Assembly: GCA_964016885.1 (NCBI GenBank)
Contig: OZ024740.1
Coordinates: 360,592,001-360,656,000 of the forward strand
Direction: 5' to 3'
DNA from: Eledone cirrhosa
Lineage: Eukaryota
Length of the DNA stretch: 64,000 bases
In this document: in pieces, positions 25,359 to 38,910 of the stretch
Position numbering within the stretch: position 1 is the stretch's first letter
How the letters are laid out: each line of letters opens with the position of its first letter
Translations under genes and position numbers: made by a program
The notes under the pieces: generated by a model
Seen by the model: only the letters and a program-made list of their open reading frames with translations
Database searches by the model: none
Told to the model about the DNA's origin: nothing

Positions 25359-26743
25359 CTACAATGAAACAAAATTTAACCCTTTTATTACAATATTTCT
25401 AATGAAAGACACTGCCTAAAATTTTCAAATCATTCTGAAAATAATTAAGAATTCGAAAGGATTTAGTAATATAACTAACTTTTTCATTATTAATCTCATG
25501 TTTGGAACATGACTTAACAAAGGTTCTTACATAAAGAAGATTTTTAGATAAATATTAACAAGAATTTGGAGGAATTTAGTAATATAACTAACTTATTAAG
25601 CTGGTGTTTGGAGCATAGCTCACTTTTACTGGTTTCAATCATTAGACTGGGTCCATACTGTGGTACTGACTTACAGTCAATCATATCAACCCAAATACTT
25701 ATTATGGCCAGATGTCCTTCATCATGCCAACCCATACTATATATTTTTTAAAAGTAAGGTATACATTGCTGATATTTGTCAAGGATATAGTAGAAGGCAA
25801 GGTGAAACACAGTGGGATTGAACTGGTAACCACATGATTAGAAAGCAAATGATGTAATGTACACATTATTATAAACAGGAGTAGCTTACAAGGGATATCT
25901 ATGTAGGAGCTTTATTCATGGGCTACAGATGATACATTAAATGTTTACTCAGTGCATACATGTTGAATATGAAATTGTATTGAATTAGACTGAAGGTAGA
26001 CATTGTTATTTTCGTTATTAACCTGCAAAACCTCAGATAATGACCTATAAATGTAGTGTACCAGATTATATTGTATTATATTTCTATTCCATACCCGTTT
26101 ACCAGTAATACACTGGGTCATTGCTGGCCTTGTGCCAAAAGTAGAAACAATTATTATAAATGGGTATGGAATAGAAATATAATACAATTTAATCTGGTAC
26201 ACTACATTTATAGGTCATTATCTGAGGTTTGGCTGTAAACAACTACAAGGATTGGCAGGTTAATAACAACAATAACAATGTCTACCTTCAGTCTAATTCA
26301 ATACAATTTCATATTTAACATGTATGCACTGAGTAAACATTGACATGACATTGTACATGTTTTTACTAGGAACATATGTGTGTGTGGGGGGGACTATCCA
26401 TTTAATGTGTCATCTGTAGCTCATGAATAAAGCTCCTACATAGATATCTCTTGTAAGCTACTCCTGTACCTCGATCTATTTAAGCTTGCGAATATAGACT
26501 TACAAAGCCATCCCTGTTAAGCTACTCTTGTATCTTCATTTCATGCAGTTTGTGAATAAGGTCCCCATATATCAATCATTTAAAAGCTACTCCTCCATCT
26601 TGGTTCTCTGTAGCTAATGAATATAGCCCCAACATACCAATCCCTTCTGAGGCATTACCCAATCTTGATACCCTGTAGTTTGTAAATAAAGCCCCTACAT
26701 CATCATCGTCAAATTATGTCCAATTAAAAATCCATTATCTCAC

Positions 26744-26834
26744 CACCAAAGGGGGCAGTCTCGGCAATAAGGACATCAAGGACTTGCTGTAGCATGGTCG
26801 TAGAGAAGGAGTCATCACGGCGAATACCTAGAGC
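26744..26834 (-). CDS. CDC16: CDC16/APC6 exon
   Basis: ALGIRRDDSFSTTMLQQVLDVLIAETAPFG (human ALGLRRDDTFSVTML); AG/GT; 91 nt. Confidence 0.93.
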
Positions 26835-26931
26835 CTAGAAAATAAAATTAGAGAAAGGAAATTTAAGGCACAACACACAAAAAAGTTAACATTTTAATAT
26901 TTGAAAGTATAGTCACCACAATGTATATATA

Positions 26932-27910
26932 TCTATATTATAAAGCTGAGTGTCGTGTGTATTATGTATGTATCCTACACACCTCCCTATAGTTTCTTAG
27001 CTTTACTCTCTCCGTTGCTCTTCCCTCTCTTTATAATAGATCATTCCCCCTCTCTATAATCTAACTGCTTTACTCTCTGTCGCTCTTCACTCTCAAATAT
27101 TATAAAGCTGAGCGTCGTCTCTCTCTCTCCCTCTTTCACCCTCTCTATAATTTAACTGCCTTACTCTCTGTCTCTCTTCACTCTCTATATGACAACACTC
27201 TTTTACTTTCCGTAGAGATGAGCGTTGTATGTAAATTCGGCTCTCTATAATAGATCATTCCCCCTCTCTATAATTTAACTGCTTTACTCTCTGCCTCTCT
27301 TCACTCTCTATATGACAGCAGGTAATACAAACATCAAAAGGCAACCCTGACAAATATAATAATGTATGTATCCCACACACTTTTTCTGTCATCGCTCGCA
27401 TAAGTAACACACACAGACACACACACACACACACACACAAATACACATACTTTCACACCTGATTTCACCAATTGCCGGATAACATCAAAAAACACAGACA
27501 CACACATGCACATACACAAACACACACACACATCTATACTTTATATGTATGTATGTAAGATCATTCCCCCTCTCTATAATTTAACTGCTTTACTCTCTCT
27601 GTCACTCTTCACTCTCTATTTTAGTTTCCGTATCTCCCTTCAATATATACACATAGAAGGAGAGAAAGAGAGATTTAGAGAAAGATTAGGAAAACTACAC
27701 ACACACACCTACTGAGAGAGACAGAAAAACAGAGGGAGGGGGGAAAAGAGAGATAGGCCGTTAGACAGAGAGAGATACAATTAAAGTGTTAGTTATTCAG
27801 AGAGAGAGAGAGAGTCGGAAGGACAATGTGACACAGGAGGGTGTGTGGTAACTTTGCAGTGAAGTGGTGGGGGCAGGTATACCTAGCCAAGCGCCAGCTG
27901 GACAGGCCAG
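26932..27910 (+). mobile_element. Helitron-like non-autonomous element
   Basis: A|TCTATATTATAAAG start, internal repeats, GC hairpin followed by CCAG|T end; related 5' end on minus near 22313. Confidence 0.45.
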
Positions 27911-28289
27911 TTATATATATATATATAAATAAAAGCTTTGGGCATATCTTTAGCAGCTCTAATACGATCAGTGACAGTGGCATTTACCATCTAACCTATT
28001 TTAGTATAATTTTACTCTTCAAATACTACCTCCAAACTGAAGCAGACAGAATATTCTAGAGAAAAATCCCCCTATTTATCTCTCACCCATAATTTCACCA
28101 ACCACCCTCTCACTTCATATATGTTTTATAAACCCACTAGGCTCTTAATTCTATCCTATGTTCCACTTATCTGTTGTACTGGGTGAAACAATAAGTACAT
28201 AAAAGCTTTTTATCTTTAACTTAGTATGTTCCTTTCAATATACACTCCAAGTCAAATAATATGCAATACAGCATATTTACATAACAGTA

Positions 28290-28865
28290 AATAGAGTTAA
28301 CAACAGAATCATTAAATTTAGACTATCCTAAATAGAACAAATGTAACAATTATATCTGCATATGCACCTCAATCTGGAGTGTCAGAGGAACTAAAAGACA
28401 GATTTTACCAATCCCGAATGCAAACTGCTTCCATAATGATTGATGTTGACTTCATAATCATTGCAAGTGGCTTTAATGGGCATGGTGGGCAACACTGTGA
28501 TGGCTTCTACAGGGTTCAGAGAGGTTTGGGGTTTGGTGCGAGAAATGAGGAAGGTTCCAGGCTCCTGGAATTCTGTGATGCCAATGATCTATTTACCTGC
28601 AACACAAACTTCAAAAATACCAGACAACCACTTGATCACCTATAGATCAGGTGAGCACCCGAGCCAAATTGATTTCATTCTCACCAGAAAGCGAGATAGA
28701 ATGATGGTCGTAAACACAAAGTCCTTTCCAGGTGAGGAATACACATCTCAGTATAACCTAGTAGTTAGTGACTTACTAATTAGAGCTAGATGCACTGTGA
28801 GAGGGAGAGCAGCCTGGAGGAGAAGAATATAGAAATTGAAGGAGTCCTCAGCCTGTAACAAATTT
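28290..28865 (+). mobile_element. RTE AP-endonuclease fragment
   Basis: GFGARNEEGSRLLEFC, ITYRSGEHPSQIDFIL. Confidence 0.8.
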
Positions 28866-29404
28866 AAGGTTTTTAGATATGAATACTTTAAAACACACTT
28901 GCATCAAAGAACAAGGGCAGTTTCAAGAAGCTTGATATCAAAAGGGTTAACAAAGTGACGATGAAAAGTATTAGTTTAAGGACACATTAAAATGGGCAGT
29001 TTTATATCCTAGAACCAGTTGAGGGCCTAGGTAGAATGATATTGGAAAGAAAAATTCCAAGTAGATCTTTGAAACTATACATGCATACATAGGCTCTTAA
29101 CTCCTGTTAGAGATGTGGGGGCCCCATTGTAACATACAGCGTTTAAACCTGGCAGAGTCCAATCTTTTTCAGATCTGAACACATCCAATTTTTTCCAGAA
29201 AAACAGAGAGAGCAAGAAGAGATATAGAGGAAGAATGAAACCCAGTACTAGACTGGTACTTTATTTATAGACCTCAAAAGAATGAAAGGCAAAGTTGACC
29301 GTGGTAGAGCCAGAAGGAATACTGCAAAATATTCTATCTGATGTTCTAACAACTCTGTCAATTAACTGCCTTTGAAACTATAAAAGAGTTAAATGGTACT
29401 TTAC

Positions 29405-29540
29405 CTTGTGGAAATAATCAACAGCTTTCAGGCTTTGACCCATCAGAACATAGACGTAACCAATGGCTGAATATGTGGACGGTGTGTGAGGACAAAGAGT
29501 GAGAGCATACTCGTGGTACTCGAGGGCTTCTTTGTATTTT
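29405..29540 (-). CDS. CDC16: CDC16/APC6 exon (TPR)
   Basis: KYKEALEYHEYALTLCPHTPSTYSAIGYVYVLMGQSLKAVDYFHK (human KYAEALDYH..STYSAIGY..AVDYFH); AG/GT; 136 nt. Confidence 0.95.
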
Positions 29541-29686
29541 CTAGAAGAACAAAGCAATAGAATAGATCTCTCGTTACTGGTATATATTTATGTGTGTGTG
29601 TGTGTGTGGTGTGAGGGGGATAGAGAAGAGTGAGAATCACAGCAAAAGGAGGAAGAGAATATCAGTGGGAGAAAGATACAGGAGAT

Positions 29687-31012
29687 AACTCTCACAGTCT
29701 TATCCGGCCTTCGCAATTTGGATTTATCCCTAACTCCAGCTGCTGTGATCAACTTATCGAGTTTCTTGAAAACATCACTTGGATCACTGATGGCGGCTCA
29801 TGGGTGGATGTTGTTTACCTTGACTTTGATAAAGCTTTCAATTCTGTGCCACACAAAAGGCTTATGGCAAAACTCTCTGCAATGGGTGTGAAGGATGATC
29901 TTTTTAACTGTCGAAAAGAGGTAGTCACGGTTCTAGGACAGCATTCCACATCGTATGAGATGTCATCTGGTGTACCACAGAGATCTGTTCTTGGCATATA
30001 TTAATGACATAGATTCCAACTTAAAGAATTCCACAGTACTGAAATATGCAGATGACATCAAGCTGTACCTTGAGATAAAAAGGACAGATCCTGAACACTA
30101 TAGATCTTGCCTGCAATCTGACCTGGACACAATGCAACAATGGATCACAGACAGGCAACTCAAGCTAGCTGTGGGCAAGTGCACCACCATGCATTTTGGG
30201 AGTAAAAACCCAGCGTCCACATACTCCCTCCACAGCACTAATATCAAGAAGTCTTCTTGTGAACGTGACCCGGGCATTACGGTCAGCAGTGATTTGCATT
30301 GGACGAAGCACATCTCTAAAATTGTCAAGAAGACCGAGGGTGTCTTAGCATCACTCAGCAAGACCTTTGTCAGCCGCTCTCCAGCCATCTATTTAAGGCT
30401 GTACATGGCTATGGTGCGGCCACACTTAGAATTTGCATCACCAGTCTGGAACCCCTATCTTGCTCAGAACATTGACCGCCTGGAAATTGTTCAGAGACAT
30501 GCAACCAAGCGAATACCCTCCATCAGGCATCTACCATACTCTGAACGCCTTACTTCCCTGGGCATGGATATATTGAAGCTCCGACGTCTGGCAACTGACT
30601 TGGTAAACACCCACAAAATATTATTAACCATCTTGCCAACAACAACCCTCAGTACCTTTTTGATTTCCATGTGTCTAACACACGTGGGCATGCCAACAAA
30701 GTCAGAAAACAGCACAGTTCCCATGACTTTCGGAAACATTTTTTCATGCCCAGAGTTGCTGAAGCATGGAACAAACTACCTGCATCAGTTGTTAGCTGTC
30801 GAAACACTGCATCCTTTAAAACCACCATGCTTCCTGAGATTCGCCAACACTACACCTAATATTCCTCCTCCATATAAATACACACATGTATATCATGACT
30901 CATACACTATTCACTTCCCTGACATTTGTATATTATTCTATGTACTATACATGCACCTTTGACGAGTTGTAGTGCACCTGAGCACTTTACACAATAATTT
31001 CATTATTATTAT
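29687..31012 (+). mobile_element. CR1-clade LINE, 5'-truncated, frameshifted
   Basis: Same family as 15536-17062. Confidence 0.9.
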
Positions 31013-31064
31013 TTATTATAAAACACCAGAAGAGTGAGAGGACGCAAAAGCAAGAGAGAAGGAT

Positions 31065-32908
31065 ATCATCATCATCATCGTTTTACGTCCGTTCTTCCAC
31101 ACTAGCATGGGTTAGATGGGTTGTCCTGTTGTGGGCAGTGTCTGGTCGGCTGACGATGCCTTGCTCATACAGGAACTGATCTGGCTTGATTTCTACAGCT
31201 GGATGCCCTTCCTAACACCAACCTCATTTACAGTGAGTGCTGGGTGCTTTTTCGTGGCGCCTACACGTCTACTTTACAGTGTGAGCTGGGTGCTTTTTTG
31301 CCGTGGCACCTCCACGACCACCTTGCAGTGGGAGGGTGTGGGGGCATATTGTCTATATGCTTCAGCTTGTACCCATGGGAGGTTGGGTACTCTGTATTAC
31401 TGCGTGACGCCAGAGGTCACGGTCGTGTGTCATCGCCTTTGAGAGGTGTAATTGGGTAAGGTCAGCTTTTATCACCTCATCCCAGGTCATCTTGGGTCTC
31501 CCCACTCCGCGGTTTCCATCGACTTCTAGTGCTCTGCACCTTTTTATGCAGCTGTCATCCTTCATACGCATCACATGTCCATACCAACGCAACTGCCTCT
31601 CCTGAACACAGCATTTGATTCCTCTTATGCTCAGTCTCTCTCTCAATTCATTTATGCTTTGTCGTTCGCGTATATTACTGTTACACATCCATCGGAGCAT
31701 GCAGGCTTCGTTTCTCTCTAATCTACGTAAGTCTTTCACCTTCAGCGCCCAGGTCTCACTACCATCTAACATAGCTGTTCGGATACACGCATCATACAGT
31801 CTGCCTTTCATTTTGAGGGAGAAGCCTTTTGCAGCTAGCAGTGGTAGTAGTTCCCTGAGCTTCTTCCATCCCGTTCTTACCCTAGTTATTGTACTTTCTG
31901 AACACCCACCTCCGCTGCTAATTAGGTCACCTAGGTAGCAGAAGCTGTCTACTGTCTCTACAGAGGCCTCCCAGAGATTGGTGGTACTTGTTTCCTGTGG
32001 CTGTTTGCTGCTTGATGTCCCAGTACAGCTGCTGCATGTGAAGCCTACATTCTTAACTAAGCTTCCTGAGATCCCGCTACATCTCTTGTATACCCATTGT
32101 TTGCATTTGGGGCAGAGAATGGAGTTCCTACCTACACCTTTCCTACATACTGAGCAAGGCCATTTCCCTGAGGAGATCTGGGTTCTGTTTTCTCGTCTAC
32201 TTACAAGGACCTTAGTCTTTGTCATGTTGACTTTGAGACCCTTTCTTTCTAGTCCCTGCTTCCAAGTTTGGAATTTCTTCTCTAGTTCTACCATAGATTC
32301 AGCTATAAATGCGAGGTCATCAGCATACAGGAGTTCCCATGGGCATCCGGTCTTAAACTCTTCCGTTATTGCCTGCAGGACTATGATGAACAGGAGAGGG
32401 CTAAGAACAGAGTCCTGGTGGACCCCAACCTGTACGCTAAATTCCTCGCTATACTCATTGCTAATCCTAACTTTGCTGACTGCTCCCCTATACATGACTG
32501 GTACAGCTTTCACAAGCCATTCATCTACTCCTAGTTTTCTATGAGCCCACCAGATTACAGCACGTGGAACTCTGTCAAAGGCTTTCTCGAGATCGACGAA
32601 TGCCAGGTAGAGTGGCTTACTTTTAGTTAGGTACTTTTCCTGTAACTGCCTCACAAGGAAGAGGGTATCAGTGGTGCCTCTTCCTGGTACAAACCCAAAT
32701 TGCATCTCATCTAGCTTCACCCGGTCCCTAATCAACTGTGCTATAACTCTTTCTGTTACTTTCATGACCTGGTCCATCAGCTTTATACCTCTATAGTTTC
32801 CTCTATCGAGTGCATCACCTTTACCTTTGTAGCAGTTGACAATGATGCTACTGCACCAATCTTTTGGTATGGCCCCTTCTAGTATTACCTGGTTAACGAT
32901 ACGTGTGG
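31065..32908 (-). mobile_element. RTE LINE family A, 5'-truncated (RT + PHD)
   Basis: ORF 31362-32945 with LEKAFDRV and YADD; (ATG)n tail. Confidence 0.95.
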
Positions 32909-33404
32909 TTATATGAATGAATATCAATATATGAATGAATATCAAGACAGGATTGCATTTTTAACAAAACCGTGTCAATATTCATTCATATACCAATACT
33001 CTATCATGTACAAAATTCTACATGATGCCATATCACAGTTGGACATATACAACTGATGTGGAGTGCTCAATTCTGTTTGTACCATAGTTTAAGGTGGTGT
33101 AAAAGCAACGCTGGCAACCAAATAAACACTTTCAGTCACAAAAAGAGTGAAAGTGCATATATATATATAAACGGAAAAAATGAAACGAAATTTCATTTCT
33201 CACTCTTAGTACGGCTGTTACTTAAATATAAGTATGTATACGTACATACATATATGTATACAGACGTACAGTAGTATGTATATATGTATATACGTATACA
33301 TACTTATATTTAAGTAACAGCCGTACTAAGAGTGGGAAATGAAATTTCGTTTCATTTTTTCCGTTTATCGTTTTCGGTGCGCCCGGCCGATTAACTCACG
33401 CGAT

Positions 33405-33452
33405 ATGCAAATTAGGCTGCTCAGCTGTTAATATGCATAAGGAAAGTATATA
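33405..33452 (+). promoter_or_regulatory. Putative snRNA-type promoter cassette (octamer, PSE-like, TATA)
   Basis: ATGCAAAT-N8-TCAGCT-N20-TATATA; near-identical spacing at 60285. Confidence 0.45.
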
Positions 33453-33481
33453 CTTTCAGAGGTTCAACCATCTGGCAGGAA

Positions 33482-33530
33482 GGTACGGTGCAGACGATAG
33501 ATAATAAGCTTGAAACTAGTACATCGTTCC
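33482..33530 (+). ncRNA. Type I hammerhead, degenerate core
   Basis: GGUACGGUG-CAGACGA-UAG..CUU-GAAA-CUAG-UA-CAUCGUUCC; palindromic CUAG, GUA triplet; U>A in core. Confidence 0.6.
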
Positions 33531-33830
33531 TTTGTCAGTGTTCTCCACAATAAGTCTATATGTTAAGTGTGCATATATCTATGCATATAATCAAGTATGC
33601 ATGCATAATATCTGTGTGTGTGTGTATAAATCACAGTAAGGAGAGAAATACACATAAGTGTATGTCTCAGATTGTGGTTTTATATCCCCTATAATCGGAC
33701 AATTATATTTATTTGTATTTCTCTCCCTACTATGATTTATAAAGAGCTCAGAATTTGTTCCTTGAGCTTATTGGATTGTAGGGAATTATGTCGAGTTTTT
33801 AACCCATCATCTTAATTTGCTATATATATA

Positions 33831-34200
33831 TGAAGGCACATGGCTTAGTGGTTAGAGCATTGGGTTTGCAATCGAAAGGTTGTGAGTTCAATTCTCGGAC
33901 CGGGTGAGCAAGACACTTTATTTCACATTGCTCCAGTTTACTCAGCTGTAGAAATGAGATGATAGGACTAGAGTCCCTATCATTCCACTGCAAAGTGGTC
34001 GTGGAGGTGCCACAGCAAAAAAAGCACCCAGCCCACACTGTAAAGCGGACGTGTAGGCCCCACGGAAAAAAAGCACCCAGCACTCACTGTAAATGAGGTT
34101 GGTGTTAGGAAGGACATCCAGCTGTAGAAACCAAGCCAGCATCAGTTCCCGTCCCACCCTTGCAAGCAGGGAAAAGCGGATGTAAAATGATGATGATGAT
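33831..34200 (+). mobile_element. Meta-type SINE with RTE tail
   Basis: Same family as 4137-4478. Confidence 0.85.
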
Positions 34201-34234
34201 TTATAGATATATGTATTATGTTATATGTATATAT

Positions 34235-34415
34235 ATGTGGTTTGACAGTATCGGTAGAGGGTCGGACAACATGCTTTAAAGAGTTACGCCCTTTTCTGAT
34301 TTGAGTTCAAATCTCGCCAAGGTTAACTTTGCCTTACATCCTTACGCGGTCGATAAAATAAAGTACCAGTAATACTAATTGCTGGCCTTGTGCCAAAAGT
34401 AGAAACAATTATATT
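34235..34415 (+). mobile_element. Nin-type SINE
   Basis: Nin core and tail. Confidence 0.8.
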
Positions 34416-34449
34416 ATATATAAATATATATTATATATACATATATATT

Positions 34450-34890
34450 CATCATTCATCATCATTTCATTTTACGTCCACTTTTCCCTGCTTGCAAGGG
34501 TGGGACTGGAACTGATGCTGGCTTGATTTCTACAGCTGGATGCCCTTCCTAACACCAACCTCATTTACAGTGAGTGCTGGGTGCTTTTTTGCCGTGGCAC
34601 CTCCACGACCACTTGCAGTGGAATGATATGGACCCCAGTCCCTATCATCTCATTTCTACAGCTGAGTAAACTGGAGCAATGTGAAATAAAGTGTCTTGCT
34701 CAAGGAAACAACACATCACCCGGTCTGAGAACTCACAACCTGTGGTTGGTGTTAGGAAGAGCATCCAGCCGTAGAAAACCCGCCAGACAGTCCTATACGA
34801 GCAAGACAACCAATCTTGCCTCAAGTGGGAAAATTCCCGTCCAAACCCATGCAAGCATGGAAGATGGACGTTAAACGATGATGATGATAT
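34450..34890. mobile_element. Meta-type SINE (minus, to ~34738) fused to an RTE family B tail (plus)
   Basis: Reverse complement of the 4137 family, then a match to ~38757-38907. Confidence 0.75.
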
Positions 34891-35488
34891 ATATATTATA
34901 TATACATATATATTATATATATACATATATATTTTATATATACATATACATATATATTATATATATATATATATATATCTATATATATATCATCATCATC
35001 ATCATCATTTTACGTCTGCTCTTCCCTGCTTGCAAGGGTGGGACGGGTATTATTCAGCACAGCATCTCTCCACTTGTCACGGTCCTTTGTGATATATATA
35101 TATATTATATATATATACATATATATGTTATATTATATTATATATACATATAATATATATGTATATATAATATAATATATATGTATATATAATATAATAT
35201 ATATTATATATACATATATATATATACATATATATATATATTATATATACATATATATATATATTATATATACATATATATATATATTATATATACATAT
35301 ATATATATTATATATACATATATATATATTATATATACATATATATATATACATATATATATATATTATATATACATATATATATATATTATATATACAT
35401 ATATATATATATTATATATACATATATATATATTATATATACATATATATATATTATATATACATATATATATATTATATATACATAT

Positions 35489-36414
35489 ATCATCATCATC
35501 ATCACCGTTTTACGTCCGTTCTTCCACGCTAGCATGGGTTAGACGGGTTGTCCTGTTGTGGGCAGTGTCTGGTCGGCTGACCATGCCTTGCTCATACAGG
35601 AACTGATCTGGCTTGATTTCTACAGCTGGATGCCCTTCCTAACACCAACCTCATTTACAGTGAGTGCTGGGTGCTTTTTCGTGGCGCCTACACGTCCACT
35701 TTACAGTGTGGGCTGGGTGGTTTTTTGCCGTGGCACCTCCACGGCCACCTTGCGGTGGGGGGGGGGGGGGCATATTGTTTATATGCTTCAGCATGTACCC
35801 ATGGGAGGTCGGGTACCCTGTATTACTGCGTGACGCCAGAAGTCACGGTCGTGTGTCATTGACTTTGAGAGGTGTAGTTGGGTAAGGTCGGCTTTTATCA
35901 CCTCATCCCAAGTCATCTTGGGTCTCCCCACTCCGCGGTTTCCATCAACTTCTAGTGCTCTGCACCTTTTTATGCAGCTGTCATCCTTCATACGCATCAC
36001 ATGTCCATACCAGCGTAACCGCCTCTCCTGCACGCAGCATTTGATTCCTCTTATGCTCAGTCTCTCTCTCAATTCATTTATGCTTTGTCGTTCACGTATA
36101 TTACTGTTACACATCCATCGGAGCATGCAGGCTTCGTTTCTCTCTAATCTACGTAAGTCTTCCACCTTCAGCGCCCAGGTCTCACTACCATGCAACATCG
36201 CTGTTCGGATACACGCATCATACAGTCTGCCTTTCATTCTGAGGGAGAAGCCTTTTGCAGCTAGCAGTGGTAGTAGTTCCCTAAACTTCTTCCATCCCGT
36301 TCTTACCCTAGTTATTGTACTTTCTGAGCACCCACCTCCGTTGCTAATTCGGTCACCTAGGTAGCAGAAGCTGTCTACTGTTTCTACAGGGCCCTCCCAG
36401 AGATTGGTGGTACT
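35489..36414 (-). mobile_element. RTE family A 3' fragment
   Basis: ORF 35788-36237; (ATG)n tail; flanked by TA arrays. Confidence 0.93.
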
Positions 36415-37075
36415 TATATATATATATTATATATACATATATATATATATTATATATACATATATATATATATTATATATACATATATATATATATTATA
36501 TATACATATATATATATATTATATATACATATATATATATATTATATATACATATATATATATATTATATATACATATATATACATATTATATATACATA
36601 TATATACATATTATATATACATATATATATATATTATATATACATATATATACATATTATATATACATATATATACATATTATATATACATATATATACA
36701 TATTATATATACATATATATATACATATTATATATACATATATATATACATATTATATATACATATATATATACATATTATATATACATATATATATACA
36801 TATTATATATACATATATATACATATTATATATACATATATATACATATTATATATACATATATATACATATTATATATACATATATATACATATTATAT
36901 ATACATATATATACATATTATATATACATATATATACATATTATATATACATATTATATATACATATATATACATATTATATATACATATATATAAATTA
37001 TATATACATATATATAAATTATATATACATATATATAAATTATATATACATATATATAAATTATATATACATATA
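36415..37075. repeat. (TATATATACATAT)-type minisatellite
   Basis: Regular ~20-24-nt TA/CA units. Confidence 0.9.
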
Positions 37076-38907
37076 AAGGAGATGCCCTAGATAGGAGTAA
37101 CTATAGAGGCATTAAATTAATCGACCAGGTCATGAAGGTCACGGAAAAAGTAATAGCGCAACTCATCAGAGAGAGAATTGATCTAGATGAAATGCAGTTC
37201 GGGTTTGTGTCAGGCAAAAGTACCACAGACACTCTTTTCATTGTACGACAACTACAGGAGAAGTACCTAGCTAAAAGTAAACCCCTATACTTAGCTTTTG
37301 TCGACTTGGAGAAAGCCTTCGACAGAGTCCCCCGTTCTATTATCTGGTGGGCTCTTAGAAAACTTGGTGTTGATGAATGGCTTGTGAGAGCTATACAAGC
37401 CATGTATAAAGAAAGTCAGCAAGGTTAGAATTAACAACGAACATAGTGAAGATTTAGCATAAAAGTTGGTGTTCATCAGGGCTCTGTTCTTAGCCCCCTA
37501 CTATTTATTATTGTCCTTCAGGCTATAACAGTGGAGTTCAAGACCGGCTGCCCATGGGAACTCCTATATGCAGATGATCTAACGCTCATAGCTGAATCAA
37601 TGGCCGAGCTAGAGAAGAAATTCCAAACATGGAAGCACGGCCTAGAATCAAAAGGCCTTAAAATTAACCTGGCTAAGACTAAAGTTCTAGTTTGTAGGAA
37701 AGAAAATAAGGCGCCGGTCCCTTCCGGGAAATGGCCATGCTCAGTGTGTAGGAAAGGCATAGGTAGAAACTCCATTTTATGTCCCAAATGCAAAGTATGG
37801 GTGCATAAAAGATGTAGTGGGATCACAGGTAAGCTAACTAAGAACATAGATTTTACATGTGGCCGGTGCTCTGGTGCAATAAGTAGCAGCAAGTACCCAC
37901 AAAATACTAGCTCTTTCAATTGCGCAGAGGGTTCTATAGAAATAGTGGACAGCTTCCGTTACCTGCGTGACAAAATCAGCAGTGGAGGAGGGTGCTCTGA
38001 AAGTACAGAAGCTAGAGTCAGAACTGGATGGAAAAAGTTCAGAGAGCTTATACCACTATTAGCCGCTAAAGGGTTCTCCCGAAAAATGAAAGGCAGGCTG
38101 TATGATGCCTGCATACGAACAGTAATGTTGCATGGCAGTGAGACCTGGGCATTGTGTGCAGAGGATATACGCAGACTAGAGAGGAACGAAGCTTGCATGC
38201 TCCGCTGGATGTGTAATAGTAATATATGTGAATGGCAAAGCATTAACGAAGTAAGGGAAAAATTAGAAATAAGAGGGATCAGATGTTGTTTACTCGAGAG
38301 AAGGCTACGTTGGTATGGTCACGTGATGCGCATGAAAGACGACAGCTGTATAAAAAAGTGCAGGGCAATAAAGATAGACGGTAGCCACGGAGTAGGCAGA
38401 CCCAGAAAAACCTGGGACAACTTGATAAATTCCAACCTCACACACTTACACCTCTCCAAGACAATGTCACTGGACCGAGATCTTTGGCGGTACTCAGTAA
38501 TAGAGAAGACCCGCCTTACCTAAATACAAAGTAAAACCTACTACAGTCAGTAGGCACCTCTAACAAAATACACCCCCGTCCCACCACCCCCACCCCATCC
38601 ACACCGCCCCTTTCAATGTAAAGTTATGTTGGTGCCACAACATCCAGGCCGAAACAAATGAGGTCGTGTAGGTGTCACAACAAAAAACACACAGTCCACG
38701 CTGTAATGTGGCCATTTAGGCAACACGGTAAAAACCTCCCAGCCCCCCACTGTAAATGTGGTTGGTGTTAGGAAGGGCATCCAGCTGTAGAAAACCCGCC
38801 AGACAGTCCTATGCGAGCAAGACAACCACTCTTGCTTCAAGTGGGAAAACTCCCGTCCAAACCCATGCAAGCGTGGAATATGGACGTTAAACGATGATGA
38901 TGATGAT
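37076..38907 (+). mobile_element. RTE LINE family B, 5'-truncated
   Basis: ORFs 37132-37428 and 37531-38523; (ATG)n tail. Confidence 0.95.
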
Positions 38908-38910
38908 ATA

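Larger units (their letters stand above)
33165..33550 (+). mobile_element. Fold-back element with octamer/TATA cassette and hammerhead
   Basis: Inverted repeat ~33165-33260/33275-33368, ATGCAAAT 33405, TATATA 33447, hammerhead 33482-33530. Confidence 0.6.
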
